A DNA stretch of 63,964 nt, filler included, from Lama guanicoe (taxonomy: Eukaryota), in assembly GCA_013239625.1 (NCBI GenBank). It is 80 parts of 78 records of this genome, joined end to end, with 100 filler letters (N's around TTAATTAATTAA, not from the genome) between each part and the next. Parts side by side here need not be neighbours in the genome. Positions count along the whole stretch, not along the records: positions 37,411 to 38,275 come from MU054276.1; positions 38,376 to 38,898 come from MU054278.1; positions 38,999 to 39,680 come from MU054279.1; positions 39,781 to 40,552 come from PNXV01006465.1; positions 40,653 to 41,739 come from MU054282.1; positions 41,840 to 42,931 come from MU054283.1; positions 43,032 to 43,848 come from PNXV01006471.1; positions 43,949 to 44,696 come from MU054284.1; 72 more parts are not named here. One strand, 5' to 3'. The stretch's first letter is position 1. Each line of letters starts with the position of its first letter. Below the pieces are notes generated by a model, which was given only the letters and a program-made list of their open reading frames with translations, was not told the DNA's origin and did no database searches. The position numbers were made by a program, and so were the translations under genes. Positions 37,311 to 50,527 of this stretch are shown here, piece by piece.

Positions 37311-38375
37311 NNNNNNNNNNNNNNNNNNNNNNNNNNNNNNNNNNNNNNNNNNNNTTAATTAATTAANNNNNNNNNNNNNNNNNNNNNNNNNNNNNNNNNN
37401 NNNNNNNNNNAATTTAACAGTTCGGACAGCTACTTTGCATTCTATCTGTCTATGTTTTCTTCAGTGCTGACAAAATGTTACCGAAATTGACAAGTCTGGC
37501 TTCTAGGTCGATTTAGTATGTTTCAGAAACTAAATTCATTTTCGTATAACTCCCAAAACATTTATATAAATTCTATTAAAATTTTAAAGACTGCAAATGA
37601 GANNNNNNNNNNNNNNNNNNNNNNNNNNNNNNNNNNNNNNNNNNNNNNNNNNNNNNNNNNNNNNNNNNNNNNNNNNNNNNNNNNNNNNNNNNNNNNNNNN
37701 NNNNNNNNNNNNNNNNNNNNNNNNNNNNNNNNNNNNNNNNNNNNNNNNNNNNNNNNNNNNNNNNNNNNNNNNNNNNNNNNNNNNNNNNNNNNNNNNNNNN
37801 NNNNNNNNNNNNNNNNNNNNNNNNNNNNNNNNNNNNNNNNNNNNNNNNNNNNNNNNNNNNNNNNNNNNNNNNNNNNNNNNNNNNNNNNNGAAGGAAAAGC
37901 AGGGAATGGATACCAGTGCATGGTCTGAGCCCTGTTGATGGAGCAGTAAAGGTGAAACTCTCTTTAACTTGGACGCACACTCTCAAGCGGACAGGATACA
38001 TGGGATTGAAGGTGATGCGCTGAGTGTTAGAAGAGTGCACAGCAGATGCTTGGCTGACAGACCTCAAAGTATCCAGTGCAAAATATCCCCACAGTTGATT
38101 CTGAGACCAAGCTCCTAGCTGCCAAATTTGAGGTAGCAGAGGCAGCGTTCATTGAGGGATAGGGCTACGGATATTGGCACTCGCTGAGTCTCAGGGATCT
38201 GGAGTGCGTTGTGGGATGTGGCGGGACCTATCAAGAGAGCAAACCGAACTGTGACCCCAATGAGCAAGCAACCACNNNNNNNNNNNNNNNNNNNNNNNNN
38301 NNNNNNNNNNNNNNNNNNNTTAATTAATTAANNNNNNNNNNNNNNNNNNNNNNNNNNNNNNNNNNNNNNNNNNNN

Positions 38376-38898
38376 CTAAATTTTATATTAAGTATTCTGT
38401 AGTATTTACACTAAATTCTGTGTTCTGTATTCCATGATCTAAATTCTGGGTTCTGTATTCTGTTTTCCATATTCTATATTCTGTGTTCTACATTCTATAT
38501 TCTGTATTCTCTATTCTGTAATCCGTATTCTACATTCCATATTCTGTGTTCTAATTCTATATTCAAANNNNNNNNNNNNNNNNNNNNNNNNNNNNNNNNN
38601 NNNNNNNNNNNNNNNNNNNNNNNNNNNNNNNNNNNNNNNNNNNNNNNNNNNNNNNNNNNNNNNNNNNNNNNNNNNNNNNNNNNNNNNNNNNNNNNNNNNN
38701 NNNNNNNNNNNNNNNNNNNNNNNNNNNNNNNNNNNNNNNNNNNNNNNNNNNNNNNNNNNNNNNNNNNNNNNNNNNNNNNNNNNNNNNNNNNNNNNNNNNN
38801 NNNNNNNNNNNNNNNNNNNNNNNNNNNNNNNNNATATTCTGTGTTCATAATTCTATATTCTATATTCTATATTCTGCATTCCGAATTCTATATTCTAT
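38376..38898 (-). repeat. Satellite family D
   Basis: Heptamer periodicity. Confidence 0.9.
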
Positions 38899-38998
38899 NN
38901 NNNNNNNNNNNNNNNNNNNNNNNNNNNNNNNNNNNNNNNNNNTTAATTAATTAANNNNNNNNNNNNNNNNNNNNNNNNNNNNNNNNNNNNNNNNNNNN

Positions 38999-39680
38999 GT
39001 TCTCTAAGTCTTCCTCAATGGATCAGGGTCACTCACTGCTACTTGGCTTCCAAGCCCAACTCCCCGCTTTCCCTCATGGCCTGGCCTAAAGGAACTCTCA
39101 GGGAACAGAAGCTAAGGGATACTAATAGAACCCAGGTGCTGCTGTCTGTTGGAGGAACCTCCCCACATTCAGAATACCAGAACAATTATTCGTGTGTGTG
39201 CTGGATGTAGGGAAACAGTCAAATCATCTTTCAGGGGGCACATTTATTCCATGGTTGTGGGTTGTAGGTTAAAAACCCACATCCCATGGATAGGCTCTCG
39301 CTTATACTTGGTTTAGAGCCCANNNNNNNNNNNNNNNNNNNNNNNNNNNNNNNNNNNNNNNNNNNNNNNNNNNNNNNNNNNNNNNNNNNNNNNNNNNNNN
39401 NNNNNNNNNNNNNNNNNNNNNNNNNNNNNNNNNNNNNNNNNNNNNNNNTGTGTGCTGGAGGTGGGGAAACAGATTCCACGCATCTTTATGGGGCACAGGT
39501 GTTCCAAGGTTGGGGAAGTAGTTTAAAACCCTCCACTGCCCACAGAGATGCACTCGCTAATAATTGGATTTAGAGCCCATCCCCCACCATCGCATCATGC
39601 TAGGCCTAGGAATACAGTAAGGGAAGACAATCTAAGGGATTCTATTAAAACCCAGGTTCTGCTGTCTGTTGGAGGAACCT
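38999..39680 (+). repeat. Satellite family B
   Basis: ctaagggat..acccagg.tgctgtctgttggaggaacct at ~39112 and ~39632. Confidence 0.88.
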
Positions 39681-39780
39681 NNNNNNNNNNNNNNNNNNNN
39701 NNNNNNNNNNNNNNNNNNNNNNNNTTAATTAATTAANNNNNNNNNNNNNNNNNNNNNNNNNNNNNNNNNNNNNNNNNNNN

Positions 39781-40490
39781 ACAACGTCCCAGTCGTGCAT
39801 ATACATACATATATTTGTTTTCATATTTTCTCCATTAAAGGTTATTACAAGATGTTGAACATGGTTCCCTGTGCTATACAAAAGAAACTTTTTTAAAAAT
39901 CCATTTTTATATATAGTGGCTAACATTTGTAAATCTCAAACTCCAAATTTATCCCCTCCCACCCCCTTTCCCCAGTAACCATAAGATTTTTAAGTCTGTG
40001 AGTCTGTTTTATAGATGAGTTCACAGTGTCTTTTTTTTTTTTTTAGATATCACATATGAGTGATACCATATGGTGTTTTTCTTTCTCTTTCTGGCTTACT
40101 TCACTTAGAATGATGATCTCCAGGTCCATCCATGTTGTTGCAAATGGCATTATTTTATTTTTTTCTTATGGCAGAGTAGTATTCCATTGTATAAATATAC
40201 TACATCTTCTTTATCCAGTCATCTGTTGAAGGATATTTAGGTTATTTCCATATCTTGGCTATTGTAAATAGTGCTGCTATGAACATTGGTAGTGCAGATG
40301 TCTTTTCAATTTAGAGTTCCCTCCAGATACATACCCAGGAGTGGGATTGCTGGGTCGTATAGTAAGTCTACTTTTAGTCTTTTGAGGAATCTCCATACTG
40401 TTTTCCACAGTGGCTGTGCCAAACTGCATTCCCACCAGCAGTGCAGAAGGGTTCCCTTTTCTCCATGCCCCCTCCAGTGTTTATCATTCA
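39781..40490 (-). mobile_element. LINE-1 3' UTR and ORF2 end
   Basis: ctggcttacttcacttagaatgatgatctccaggtccatccatgttg..cccaggagtgggattgctggg. Confidence 0.92.
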
Positions 40491-42599
40491 GGCATTACCT
40501 CTGTTATTAAGGTGATGTTTGCTGCACTTTTCTTTTTATTCTTTATGAGGTTNNNNNNNNNNNNNNNNNNNNNNNNNNNNNNNNNNNNNNNNNNNNTTAA
40601 TTAATTAANNNNNNNNNNNNNNNNNNNNNNNNNNNNNNNNNNNNNNNNNNNNTGTTATGGTCTATGTCCTGGCACTCCTTCCTGTCCTGCAATATTGCTG
40701 CAGACATATCAGCTGAAACCTCTCTGGAGGTTCTCTTGTGACTATGTTGCTTTCCTCCAGGCGCATTTTAAATCCCTGGGATGCTCATGAACTTTGTTGA
40801 TTTGAATCATACAGCTGCTGGTAGGTCTATTGGGATTCCACCTCCTTTGGACGCTGTGTACTTCCNNNNNNNNNNNNNNNNNNNNNNNNNNNNNNNNNNN
40901 NNNNNNNNNNNNNNNNNNNNNNNNNNNNNNNNNNNNNNNNNNNNNNNNNNNNNNNNNNNNNNNNNNNNNNNNNNNNNNNNNNNNNNNNNNNNNNNNNNNN
41001 NNNNNNNNNNNNNNNNNNNNNNNNNNNNNNNNNNNNNNNNNNNNNNNNNNNNNNNNNNNNNNNNNNNNNNNNNNNNNNNNNNNNNNNNNNNNNNNNNNNN
41101 NNNNNNNNNNNNNNNNNNNNNNNNNNNNNNNNNNNNNNNNNNNNNNNNNNNNNNNNNNNNNNNNNNNNNNNNNNNNNNNNNNNNNNNNNNNNNNNNNNNN
41201 NNNNNNNNNNNNNNNNNNNNNNNNNNNNNNNNNNNNNNNNNNNNNNNNNNNNNNNNNNNNNNNNNNNNNNNNNNNNNNNNNNNNNNNNNNNNNNNNNNNN
41301 NNNNNNNNNNNNNNNNNNNNNNNNNNNNNNNNNNNNNNNNNNNNNNNNNNNNNNNNNNNNNNNNNNNNNNNNNNNNNNNNNNNNNNNNNNNNNNNNNNNN
41401 NNNNNNNNNNNNNNNNNNNNNNNNNNNNNNNNNNNNNNNNNNNNNNNNNNNNNNNNNNNNNNNNNNNNNNNNNNNNNNNNNNNNNNNNNNNNNNNNNNNC
41501 TGTGAGGACAGTTTCTCCTAGACATTGATGCCATGTCCTGTTCCTGTGTTTGTTGTCTGGTATATCTCCAATTGCTGGTGTTGCCTTTATTGTGATGAAC
41601 ACCCCATACTATTTCGATTAGCAGAACCGTAGTTTGATTACGCTTATCTCACAATTCTAAAAGTGCACAGGACACTTCCTCTGGTGCAAGTGAAGCTTCT
41701 AAAGATTCTCAGCTCTGCATTCTGCTCCATGTCACTTTGNNNNNNNNNNNNNNNNNNNNNNNNNNNNNNNNNNNNNNNNNNNNTTAATTAATTAANNNNN
41801 NNNNNNNNNNNNNNNNNNNNNNNNNNNNNNNNNNNNNNNTGTTTATGTAGCAGATTCCTCTATTTCAGGGAATACGGGCCTTTCTAGTTAAAGCACAGGC
41901 GGAACGCGGAGAGGTGGGGCCCGGTGGGGGTCTGGAGCGTCTGCACAGCGCTGCTTCCCTGCGTTTCTGCATCCGGTCCCATCAGTGCACTAAGTCAGCC
42001 TTCCTCTTCCTTCCTGTGTCATCGGGTCTCTGTTTTAAGGGAAAATATATTTACGGGCTTTTTTCACTTACGTGTTTCATTCAGATGCTTGTTGCTTTTC
42101 TCCCTGTGCTTCANNNNNNNNNNNNNNNNNNNNNNNNNNNNNNNNNNNNNNNNNNNNNNNNNNNNNNNNNNNNNNNNNNNNNNNNNNNNNNNNNNNNNNN
42201 NNNNNNNNNNNNNNNNNNNNNNNNNNNNNNNNNNNNNNNNNNNNNNNNNNNNNNNNNNNNNNNNNNNNNNNNNNNNNNNNNNNNNNNNNNNNNNNNNNNN
42301 NNNNNNNNNNNNNNNNNNNNNNNNNNNNNNNNNNNNNNNNNNNNNNNNNNNNNNNNNNNNNNNNNNNNNNNNNNNNNNNNNNNNNNNNNNNNNNNNNNNN
42401 NNNNNNNNNNNNNNNNNNNNNNNNNNNNNNNNNNNNNNNNNNNNNNNNNNNNNNNNNNNNNNNNNNNNNNNNNNNNNNNNNNNNNNNNNNNNNNNNNNNN
42501 NCAGCTCTGCTGTTCAGATGCCAGAACAGCCGGACAGTCCACACACCCACAGAGCTTTATTAACAGCGGTGGCTGGGGCTGAATTAGGTGTATGAACTG

Positions 42600-42931
42600 C
42601 AGTTTGTCCCCACAGCCTCCTCAATATTGACACCTGCACCAGAGTGTACATTTGTGACAATGGGAGAACCTACACTGACACGTCATCATCATCCAGAGCC
42701 CATAATTGATACTAGGATTTACACTTGGTGGTGTGCACTCTGTGGGTTTGGACAGATGTACAATGACATGTATCCACCATCACAGCATCATACAGAGTCG
42801 TCTGTCTTAATGAACTTAAAATGCTCCGTGCTGCAACTCATTCATTGCTCTTTCCCCTCTAGCCTCTGACAGCCACTGATCATTTAGTCTCTGTGGTTTT
42901 CCCTTTCCCAGAACACCATACAGTTGGAATC
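42600..42931 (-). mobile_element. L1MC1/2-like 3' fragment
   Basis: gaacctacactgacacgtcatcatcatccagagccc..gggtttggacagatgtacaatgacatgtatccacc. Confidence 0.72.
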
Positions 42932-43031
42932 NNNNNNNNNNNNNNNNNNNNNNNNNNNNNNNNNNNNNNNNNNNNTTAATTAATTAANNNNNNNNNNNNN
43001 NNNNNNNNNNNNNNNNNNNNNNNNNNNNNNN

Positions 43032-43848
43032 ACGCTCCGGATTCCGGAACCATTATCATTGCGTGGGGGAGCTCGAGAGAAATCACCAAGCAGCTCTCTT
43101 CAGTCACACGTGTTCCCTGTTCGTGGGAATTCCGAGAAATATCTTCTCAAACCTTGAGCTTGCTGCTACTGGATCTGGGCATTCCAGCGCAGAACCCTTG
43201 CATTCACTGGTAGCCAGAACTTAGCAAAACCCTCAGGGGAGTCGAGCTTAGTAAATCCGTTAGAACTCACGCGCTGCCGACCGTTGGTGGAACCTTCCAT
43301 CAGGATTCCGGAAAAATTGTCAGTGCGTGGGGGAGCCCGAGAGACAACTCCACGCAGCTCTCTTCAGTCACAGGTGTTCCCTATACGGGGGAAGTCAGAG
43401 AAATGCATTCCTTAACTTTGGGGTGGCATCCGCTGACCCTGGGAATTGCAGCGCAGATCCGTAGCATTACCTTGCAGCCAGACATTAGGAAAACCATCAG
43501 GGGAAATGAGCTTATGCAATCCGTTGAAACCCACGCACTGCCGACCGTTGGTGGAACCTTCCCATGCTCAGGATTCCGGAACCATAATCAGTGCATGGGG
43601 GAGTTCAAGAGACAACTCCACACAGCTCTCTTCAGTCACAGGTCTTCCCTCTTAGGAGGAAGTCCGAGAAATATCTTCCCTGAACTTGGGGAGGCAGCTT
43701 CTATCACTGGGAATTCCTGAAACCCCCGCTAACATTCCCTGGCAGAGAGACATTAGGAAAACAATCAGGGCAGACGAGCATAGGCATTCCGTAACAACTC
43801 ACGCGCTGCCGACCGTTGGTGTAACCTCCCCACGCTCAGGACTCCAGA
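43032..43848 (+). repeat. Satellite family A, three monomers
   Basis: attccggaa at 43041, 43305, 43573 (periods 264 and 268). Confidence 0.95.
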
Positions 43849-44671
43849 NNNNNNNNNNNNNNNNNNNNNNNNNNNNNNNNNNNNNNNNNNNNTTAATTAA
43901 TTAANNNNNNNNNNNNNNNNNNNNNNNNNNNNNNNNNNNNNNNNNNNNTTTCTTTACTTTTTCCCTGCTCTGAAAGTTTTTAAGTCCTTTAGCACTCTAT
44001 TCCCAGTCCTCCTCAAAGTGAAGAACAAAGGCTCATATCAGGACACCCACTCACCGTGGTCCCCTCAGTGTTTTCAGAGGGACTCCGCTTTCCTCAACTT
44101 AACTTCTGTCATAGCAGCCATTTGTCTGGGCCTCAAACTCATCAATCACAAAGGATCTCAGGTATAGACTTCTGAATTTTTTTNNNNNNNNNNNNNNNNN
44201 NNNNNNNNNNNNNNNNNNNNNNNNNNNNNNNNNNNNNNNNNNNNNNNNNNNNNNNNNNNNNNNNNNNNNNNNNNNNNNNNNNNNNNNNNNNNNNNNNNNN
44301 NNNNNNNNNNNNNNNNNNNNNNNNNNNNNNNNNNNNNNNNNNNNNNNNNNNNNNNNNNNNNNNNNNNNNNNNNNNNNNNNNNNNNNNNNNNNNNNNNNNN
44401 NNNNNNNNNNNNNNNNNNNNNNNNNNNNNNNNNNNNNNNNNNNNNNNNNNNNNNNNNNNNNNNNNNNNNNNNNNNNNNNNNNNNNNNNNNNNNNNNNNNN
44501 NNNNNNNNNNNNNNNNGGTGGCCCACTATAGACTTACACTTGGGGAAAGGGAAATACTAAACTCTACACCACTCTAGCCAGCCTGTCCTAACTGGGGAAA
44601 AAGAGAGAGAGAGAGAAGCATTTGTGATCTTCACAGTCGAGAGGCACAGGCTTACTAAAATATTCTCACCC

Positions 44672-44696
44672 TGTGTGTGTGTGTGTGTGTGTGTGT
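44672..44696 (+). repeat. (TG)n microsatellite at scaffold end
   Basis: Direct read. Confidence 0.95.
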
Positions 44697-47321
44697 NNNN
44701 NNNNNNNNNNNNNNNNNNNNNNNNNNNNNNNNNNNNNNNNTTAATTAATTAANNNNNNNNNNNNNNNNNNNNNNNNNNNNNNNNNNNNNNNNNNNNGTCC
44801 CCCTTGCCATGGACTCTCTTCAGGAACCAGCATATGGGCATTGACTTCTGGAGAACACTTTTTCGGCTGCAGGAAATTTTCTCACATACTGCGATTGAAA
44901 AATCACTCCAGCTGGGGATAATTAGGGAAAAAAGGAAAAGGAAAAGGGTTTGGAGTAGAGTAGAAGAGTAGGACATAAGATCACGGAACCTGAGTTGTTG
45001 GCAGCGGGGCCACGCAAGAGAGAGGAGCAGAGGTGGGGAGGGTCCTGGCTTCGGAACCAGCTCCTGTACCTGTCCCCGCACCCAAGCCACATAGCTTTTA
45101 ATTGGCCTGGGCCACCTCTCTGGGCTAGATGTCACCCTGGGCTGAACCTTGAGAATCGAAGGTAAGAGGTGGGCAGCACTCACCTAGGGGGTCACTGAGG
45201 ACTTCGTTCAAGTGCACAGTACCTTTTCTGGTCATGTGTCTTCACTTGTCCTTTATCTCAGGATCTGAGGAGGAGGAGCATGGAACTCAGNNNNNNNNNN
45301 NNNNNNNNNNNNNNNNNNNNNNNNNNNNNNNNNNNNNNNNNNNNNNNNNNNNNNNNNNNNNNNNNNNNNNNNNNNNNNNNNNNNNNNNNNNNNNNNNNNN
45401 NNNNNNNNNNNNNNNNNNNNNNNNNNNNNNNNNNNNNNNNNNNNNNNNNNNNNNNNNNNNNNNNNNNNNNNNNNNNNNNNNNNNNNNNNNNNNNNNNNNN
45501 NNNNNNNNNNNNNNNNNNNNNNNNNNNNNNNNNNNNNNNNNNNNNNNNNNNNNNNNNNNNNNNNNNNNNNNNNNNNNNNNNNNNNNNNNNNNNNNNNNNN
45601 NNNNNNNNNNNNNNNNNNNNNNNNNNNNNNNNNNNNNNNNNNNNNNNNNNNNNNNNNNNNNNNNNNNNNNNNNNNNNNNNNNNNNNNNNNNNNNNNNNCG
45701 GAACCAGCTCCTGTACCTGTCCCCGCACCCAAGCCACATAGCTTTTAATTGGCCTGGGCCACCTCTCTGGGCTAGATGTCACCCTGGGCTGAACCTTGAG
45801 AATCGAAGGTAAGAGGTGGGCAGCACTCACCTAGGGGGTCACTGAGGACTTCGTTCAAGTGCACAGTACCTTTTCTGGTCATGTGTCTTCACTTGTCCTT
45901 TATCTCAGGATCTGAGGAGGAGGAGCATGGAACTCAGTGAGAGATCCAGGAAGATATCCGACTGTGTTAAGAGAGGATAGAAAAAGTGAAACGGGAAGCG
46001 AGGACACTTGCAGCAAAGTAAAATTACTTCACAAATATTGCATAGAGCTGCAGGTGTAAGAGAGCCTAAGCCTGCCTCAGAGTGCAGGAGACAAGCGGAA
46101 AGGAATGGCAAAATTTCCNNNNNNNNNNNNNNNNNNNNNNNNNNNNNNNNNNNNNNNNNNNNTTAATTAATTAANNNNNNNNNNNNNNNNNNNNNNNNNN
46201 NNNNNNNNNNNNNNNNNNCGACCACTCAGCATTTGACTCCACCTGGCCCCACCCCGCAGCTGCCCTGCGCACCCCCATCCCATCCAACACATCCCGTGAG
46301 CTCAGGGCTGGCCATACCCACTACCTCCCCTGACTGTCAGTCCCAGCCCCTTACCTTCAAGTATCTGTGAGCATCACGCTCATTGCACTGCAGACCCCCA
46401 CCACCGACACACGGGGACCCAGACACGGGGGCCCCACAGAGGTGGGGAAACACACGGATGAGATGCCATGGGAGACTCCTGCGCCCTGACTCCGCCTGGG
46501 AAAACTCCCACACCCAGGTGCCCCCTGCCGCCACCACGCCAGTGTGCCCCGACCCTCAAGCGCATGTCTGTGATGGTCCCCCCCAGACACACCTCATCAG
46601 CATCACTGGCCTAGCAACAGCTGGNNNNNNNNNNNNNNNNNNNNNNNNNNNNNNNNNNNNNNNNNNNNTTAATTAATTAANNNNNNNNNNNNNNNNNNNN
46701 NNNNNNNNNNNNNNNNNNNNNNNNGCCCATGGGGTAGGGACCTCCCCTCTGAGAGCAACAGAGCATCATCTCCCCAGCCCCAGCCCCCCACCCAGGTGGG
46801 GGGGTACAGCACACCCCCCTCCCACGCTCACTGGCGGTGCGGACCCTGAGACCCTTCCCAGGCCACCAAAGAGGACGTCTGTGTCGATCCCGTCTCCCGT
46901 CCCATCCCCCTGATAATCCACCCACCCGGAGCCACCTCCTCTGCCCCCATCGAGAACCAGCCAGCGTGGGAGACATCAGGCAGGGAACTGAGCCACGGCT
47001 GACAGTGACCAAGGAACCCTGAGAAGTCTCCATTTCGCTTGCCTCCCTGGGCCTGCCCCCTCACTGCCGTCTCCAAGGAAACCAGAGATGGGGTGGGGCA
47101 AGGCTCTTTAAGGGACCAACAAGCACTTGGGGTAGGAACACTGGGAAGGGGCTGAGCCTGGGTCCTGAGCGCCCCCCTGGACGGCTGCACCCCACACGGT
47201 TATGGTCTGCCTGGGCAGGGANNNNNNNNNNNNNNNNNNNNNNNNNNNNNNNNNNNNNNNNNNNNTTAATTAATTAANNNNNNNNNNNNNNNNNNNNNNN
47301 NNNNNNNNNNNNNNNNNNNNN

Positions 47322-48241
47322 ACAGAATACAGAATATCAAATGTAGAATATAGAACGTAGAACACACAATATAGAATATACAATACAGAATACAGAACGC
47401 AGAATTTAGAACATGGAATTCATAGCACAGAATATAGAATATAGAATACAGAAATAGAATGTGGAATTTTGAATTAAGAACACAGAATATAAAATATTGA
47501 ATACAGAATACAGAATATAGAATGTAGAATACAGAATAAAGAACCCTGAATTTAGGCATGGAATACAGAACACAATTTAGAATATAGAATGCAGAATACA
47601 GAATATCGAATGTAGAATATAGAATTTAGGACACAGAATATAGAATACAGAATACAGAACCCAGAATTTAGACAATGGAATGCAGAACACAGAATATAGA
47701 ATATAGAATACAGTATATAGAATGTAGAATATAGAATTTAGAACACAGAATATAGAATATAGAATGCAGAATACAGAAAACAGTGTTAAGAACACGCAAT
47801 TCAGAACAGAGAACTTAGAATATAGATTACAGAATACAGAATATACAATTTAGAATATTAAATGTAGAACAAAGAATGTAGAATATAGAATACACAAACA
47901 CAATACAGAAAATTTAGAATACAAAATGCAGAACACAGAATATAGAATATAGGATACATAATACAGAAAATAGAAATTTGAATACAGAAGGCAGAACGCA
48001 GAATTTAGAAAATGGAATGCAGAACCCAATGTAGAATATAGAATACAGAAAACAGAACACAGAATTTAGAACACGGAATACAAATCAGAGAATTTCGTAT
48101 ATAGAATAAAGATTACAGAATATAGAATATAGAATATAGAATGTACAAAAAAGCATATTGAATATAGAATACAGAATGCAGCACCCAGAATGTAGAATAG
48201 GGAATGCAGAACAAGAATGCAGAATATAGAGTACAGAATAC
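47322..48241 (+). repeat. Satellite family D (AGAATAC-richer variant)
   Basis: agaatac/agaatat heptamers. Confidence 0.92.
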
Positions 48242-48341
48242 NNNNNNNNNNNNNNNNNNNNNNNNNNNNNNNNNNNNNNNNNNNNTTAATTAATTAANNN
48301 NNNNNNNNNNNNNNNNNNNNNNNNNNNNNNNNNNNNNNNNN

Positions 48342-48854
48342 ATTTCTATTGTATTTTTTAACTTCTCTGTTGCCTTATTCATTTTCTGTCCCAGTGATAG
48401 TTCCAGTGATGTTAATTCAGTGTTGTAAATTCCAACTATAATTAGATTCCCATCACAATCCCCCTTTACATCTGTTAGTAATTATTTTATGTACTTAGGT
48501 GCTCTTCTATTTGGTGCATATGTATTAACGGGTGTGCTATCCTCATCTTGTATCACTCCTTCAATCATTATAAAATGTCCTTCTTTATCTTTCTTTATGG
48601 CCTATGTTTTAAAGACTCTTTTGTCAGAAATCAGTAAACTGCAACACCTGCTTTTTTGGCTTTTCCATTTGTATGGAATACCCTTTTCCATCCTTTCACT
48701 CTCAATCTATATGTATACTTCTCCCTGTAGTGGGTTTCTTGTATGCAGCATATTGAAAGTTCTTGCTTTATTATGCAGCCTGCCACTCAATGACATTTGA
48801 CTGGGGCATTTAGTCCATTAAATTTACAATAATCGATGATATGTTTTTATTTAT
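48342..48854 (-). mobile_element. LINE-1 ORF2 endonuclease region
   Basis: Homologous to 7161-7550. Confidence 0.87.
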
Positions 48855-48954
48855 NNNNNNNNNNNNNNNNNNNNNNNNNNNNNNNNNNNNNNNNNNNNTT
48901 AATTAATTAANNNNNNNNNNNNNNNNNNNNNNNNNNNNNNNNNNNNNNNNNNNN

Positions 48955-49724
48955 TCTATGAGTCTGTTTCTGTTTTGTATTTATGTTTTGTTTGTTTGTT
49001 TCTGTTTTTTTATTTTAAATTCTACATATGAGCGATCTCATATGGTATTTTTCTTTCTCTTTCTGGCTTACTACACTTAGAATGACATTATCCAGGGACA
49101 TCCATGTTGCTGCAAATGGCGTTATGTTGACGGTTTTTATGGCTGAGTAGTATTCCATTGTATAAATATACCACTTCTTCTTTATCCAGTCATCTGTTGA
49201 TGGGCATTTAGGCTGTTTCCATGTCTTGGCTGTTGTAAATAGTGCTGCTATGAACATTAGGGTGCAGGTGTCATTTTGAAGTAGGGTTCCTTCNNNNNNN
49301 NNNNNNNNNNNNNNNNNNNNNNNNNNNNNNNNNNNNNNNNNNNNNNNNNNNNNNNNNNNNNNNNNNNNNNNNNNNNNNNNNNNNNNNNNNNNNCAAAATG
49401 CATTCCCACCAACAGTGTAGGAGGGTTCCCCTTTCTCCACAGCCTCTCCAGCATTTGTCATTTGTGGATTTTTGAATGACGGCCATTCTGACTGGTGTGA
49501 GGTGATACCTCATTGTAGTTTTGATTTGCATTTCTATGATAATTAGTGATATAGAACATTTTTTCATGTGCTTATTGATCATTTGTATGTCTTCCTTGGA
49601 GAATTGCTTGCTTAGGTCTTCTGTCCATTTTTAGACTGGGTTGTTTGTTTTTTTCTTACTGAATTGTATGAGCTACTTATGTATTCTGGAGATCAAGCCT
49701 TTGTCGGTTTCACTTGCAAAAATT
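48955..49724 (-). mobile_element. Relatively young LINE-1 ORF2 C-terminus and start of 3' UTR
   Basis: [36 protein letters not shown] and [41 protein letters not shown]. Confidence 0.95.
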
Positions 49725-49824
49725 NNNNNNNNNNNNNNNNNNNNNNNNNNNNNNNNNNNNNNNNNNNNTTAATTAATTAANNNNNNNNNNNNNNNNNNNN
49801 NNNNNNNNNNNNNNNNNNNNNNNN

Positions 49825-50427
49825 GTTCATCAGGGATAATATTCTATATTTTGCATATAATGTCCTTTCTTGCCTGCTAATCAAATAAAGCTCACATCAA
49901 AAAACATTTTTGGAATCTTTCACCCCCTTCAAATTCTTGGAAGATTTGGGTAAGAATTGGTGAAAACTTGTCTTCAAATGTATGAGAGAATTCACCAGTA
50001 ATGTCGTCTTGTAAATTTGTTTCTGGTTTTGGAAGTTTGGATTATTGACTTACCCAAACACACTTTTGCTCTATTATCTTTCTGATTACTTCTTGATTCA
50101 GTATTCAAAGACATATGTTTCTGGGAATTTGGTCTTTTGTTCTAGGTCATTCAATTCGTTGGCTAGTGGTAATTTCTTAAGATGCTTTGCATCTCTACAA
50201 CATCAGTGGTGATATCTTCTCTGTTATTTCTAATTTTATTAGAGTCTTTATTTTCTTTGCCAACCTAAACATTTGTCCAGTTTATGTTTAAAAGCAACAG
50301 ACTTAGATTTTTCTTTTATCTTTTCAATTGTTTCTCTGGTTATTTGCTTTACTCTCACTCATTCAGTTTTCTTCTTTATTCTTTCTGTTTTCTCCTAGAT
50401 CCTTGAGGTGTGAAGTTAAGTAGTGTG
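49825..50427 (-). mobile_element. Old LINE-1 ORF2 fragment
   Basis: gttcatcagggata..gagaattcaccagt..T-rich antisense ORF2 pattern. Confidence 0.65.
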
Positions 50428-50527
50428 NNNNNNNNNNNNNNNNNNNNNNNNNNNNNNNNNNNNNNNNNNNNTTAATTAATTAANNNNNNNNNNNNNNNNN
50501 NNNNNNNNNNNNNNNNNNNNNNNNNNN

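Noticed and set aside
45052..45937. Identical ~240-bp direct repeat (45052-45290 and 45699-45937)
   Set aside because: The copies abut either side of an N gap and are identical; most likely an unmerged contig overlap
46356..46390. Possible 33-bp micro-exon (CNERDAHRYLK) with AAG|gtaagg donor on the minus strand
   Set aside because: Acceptor lacks a pyrimidine tract and the peptide is unrecognised; insufficient support
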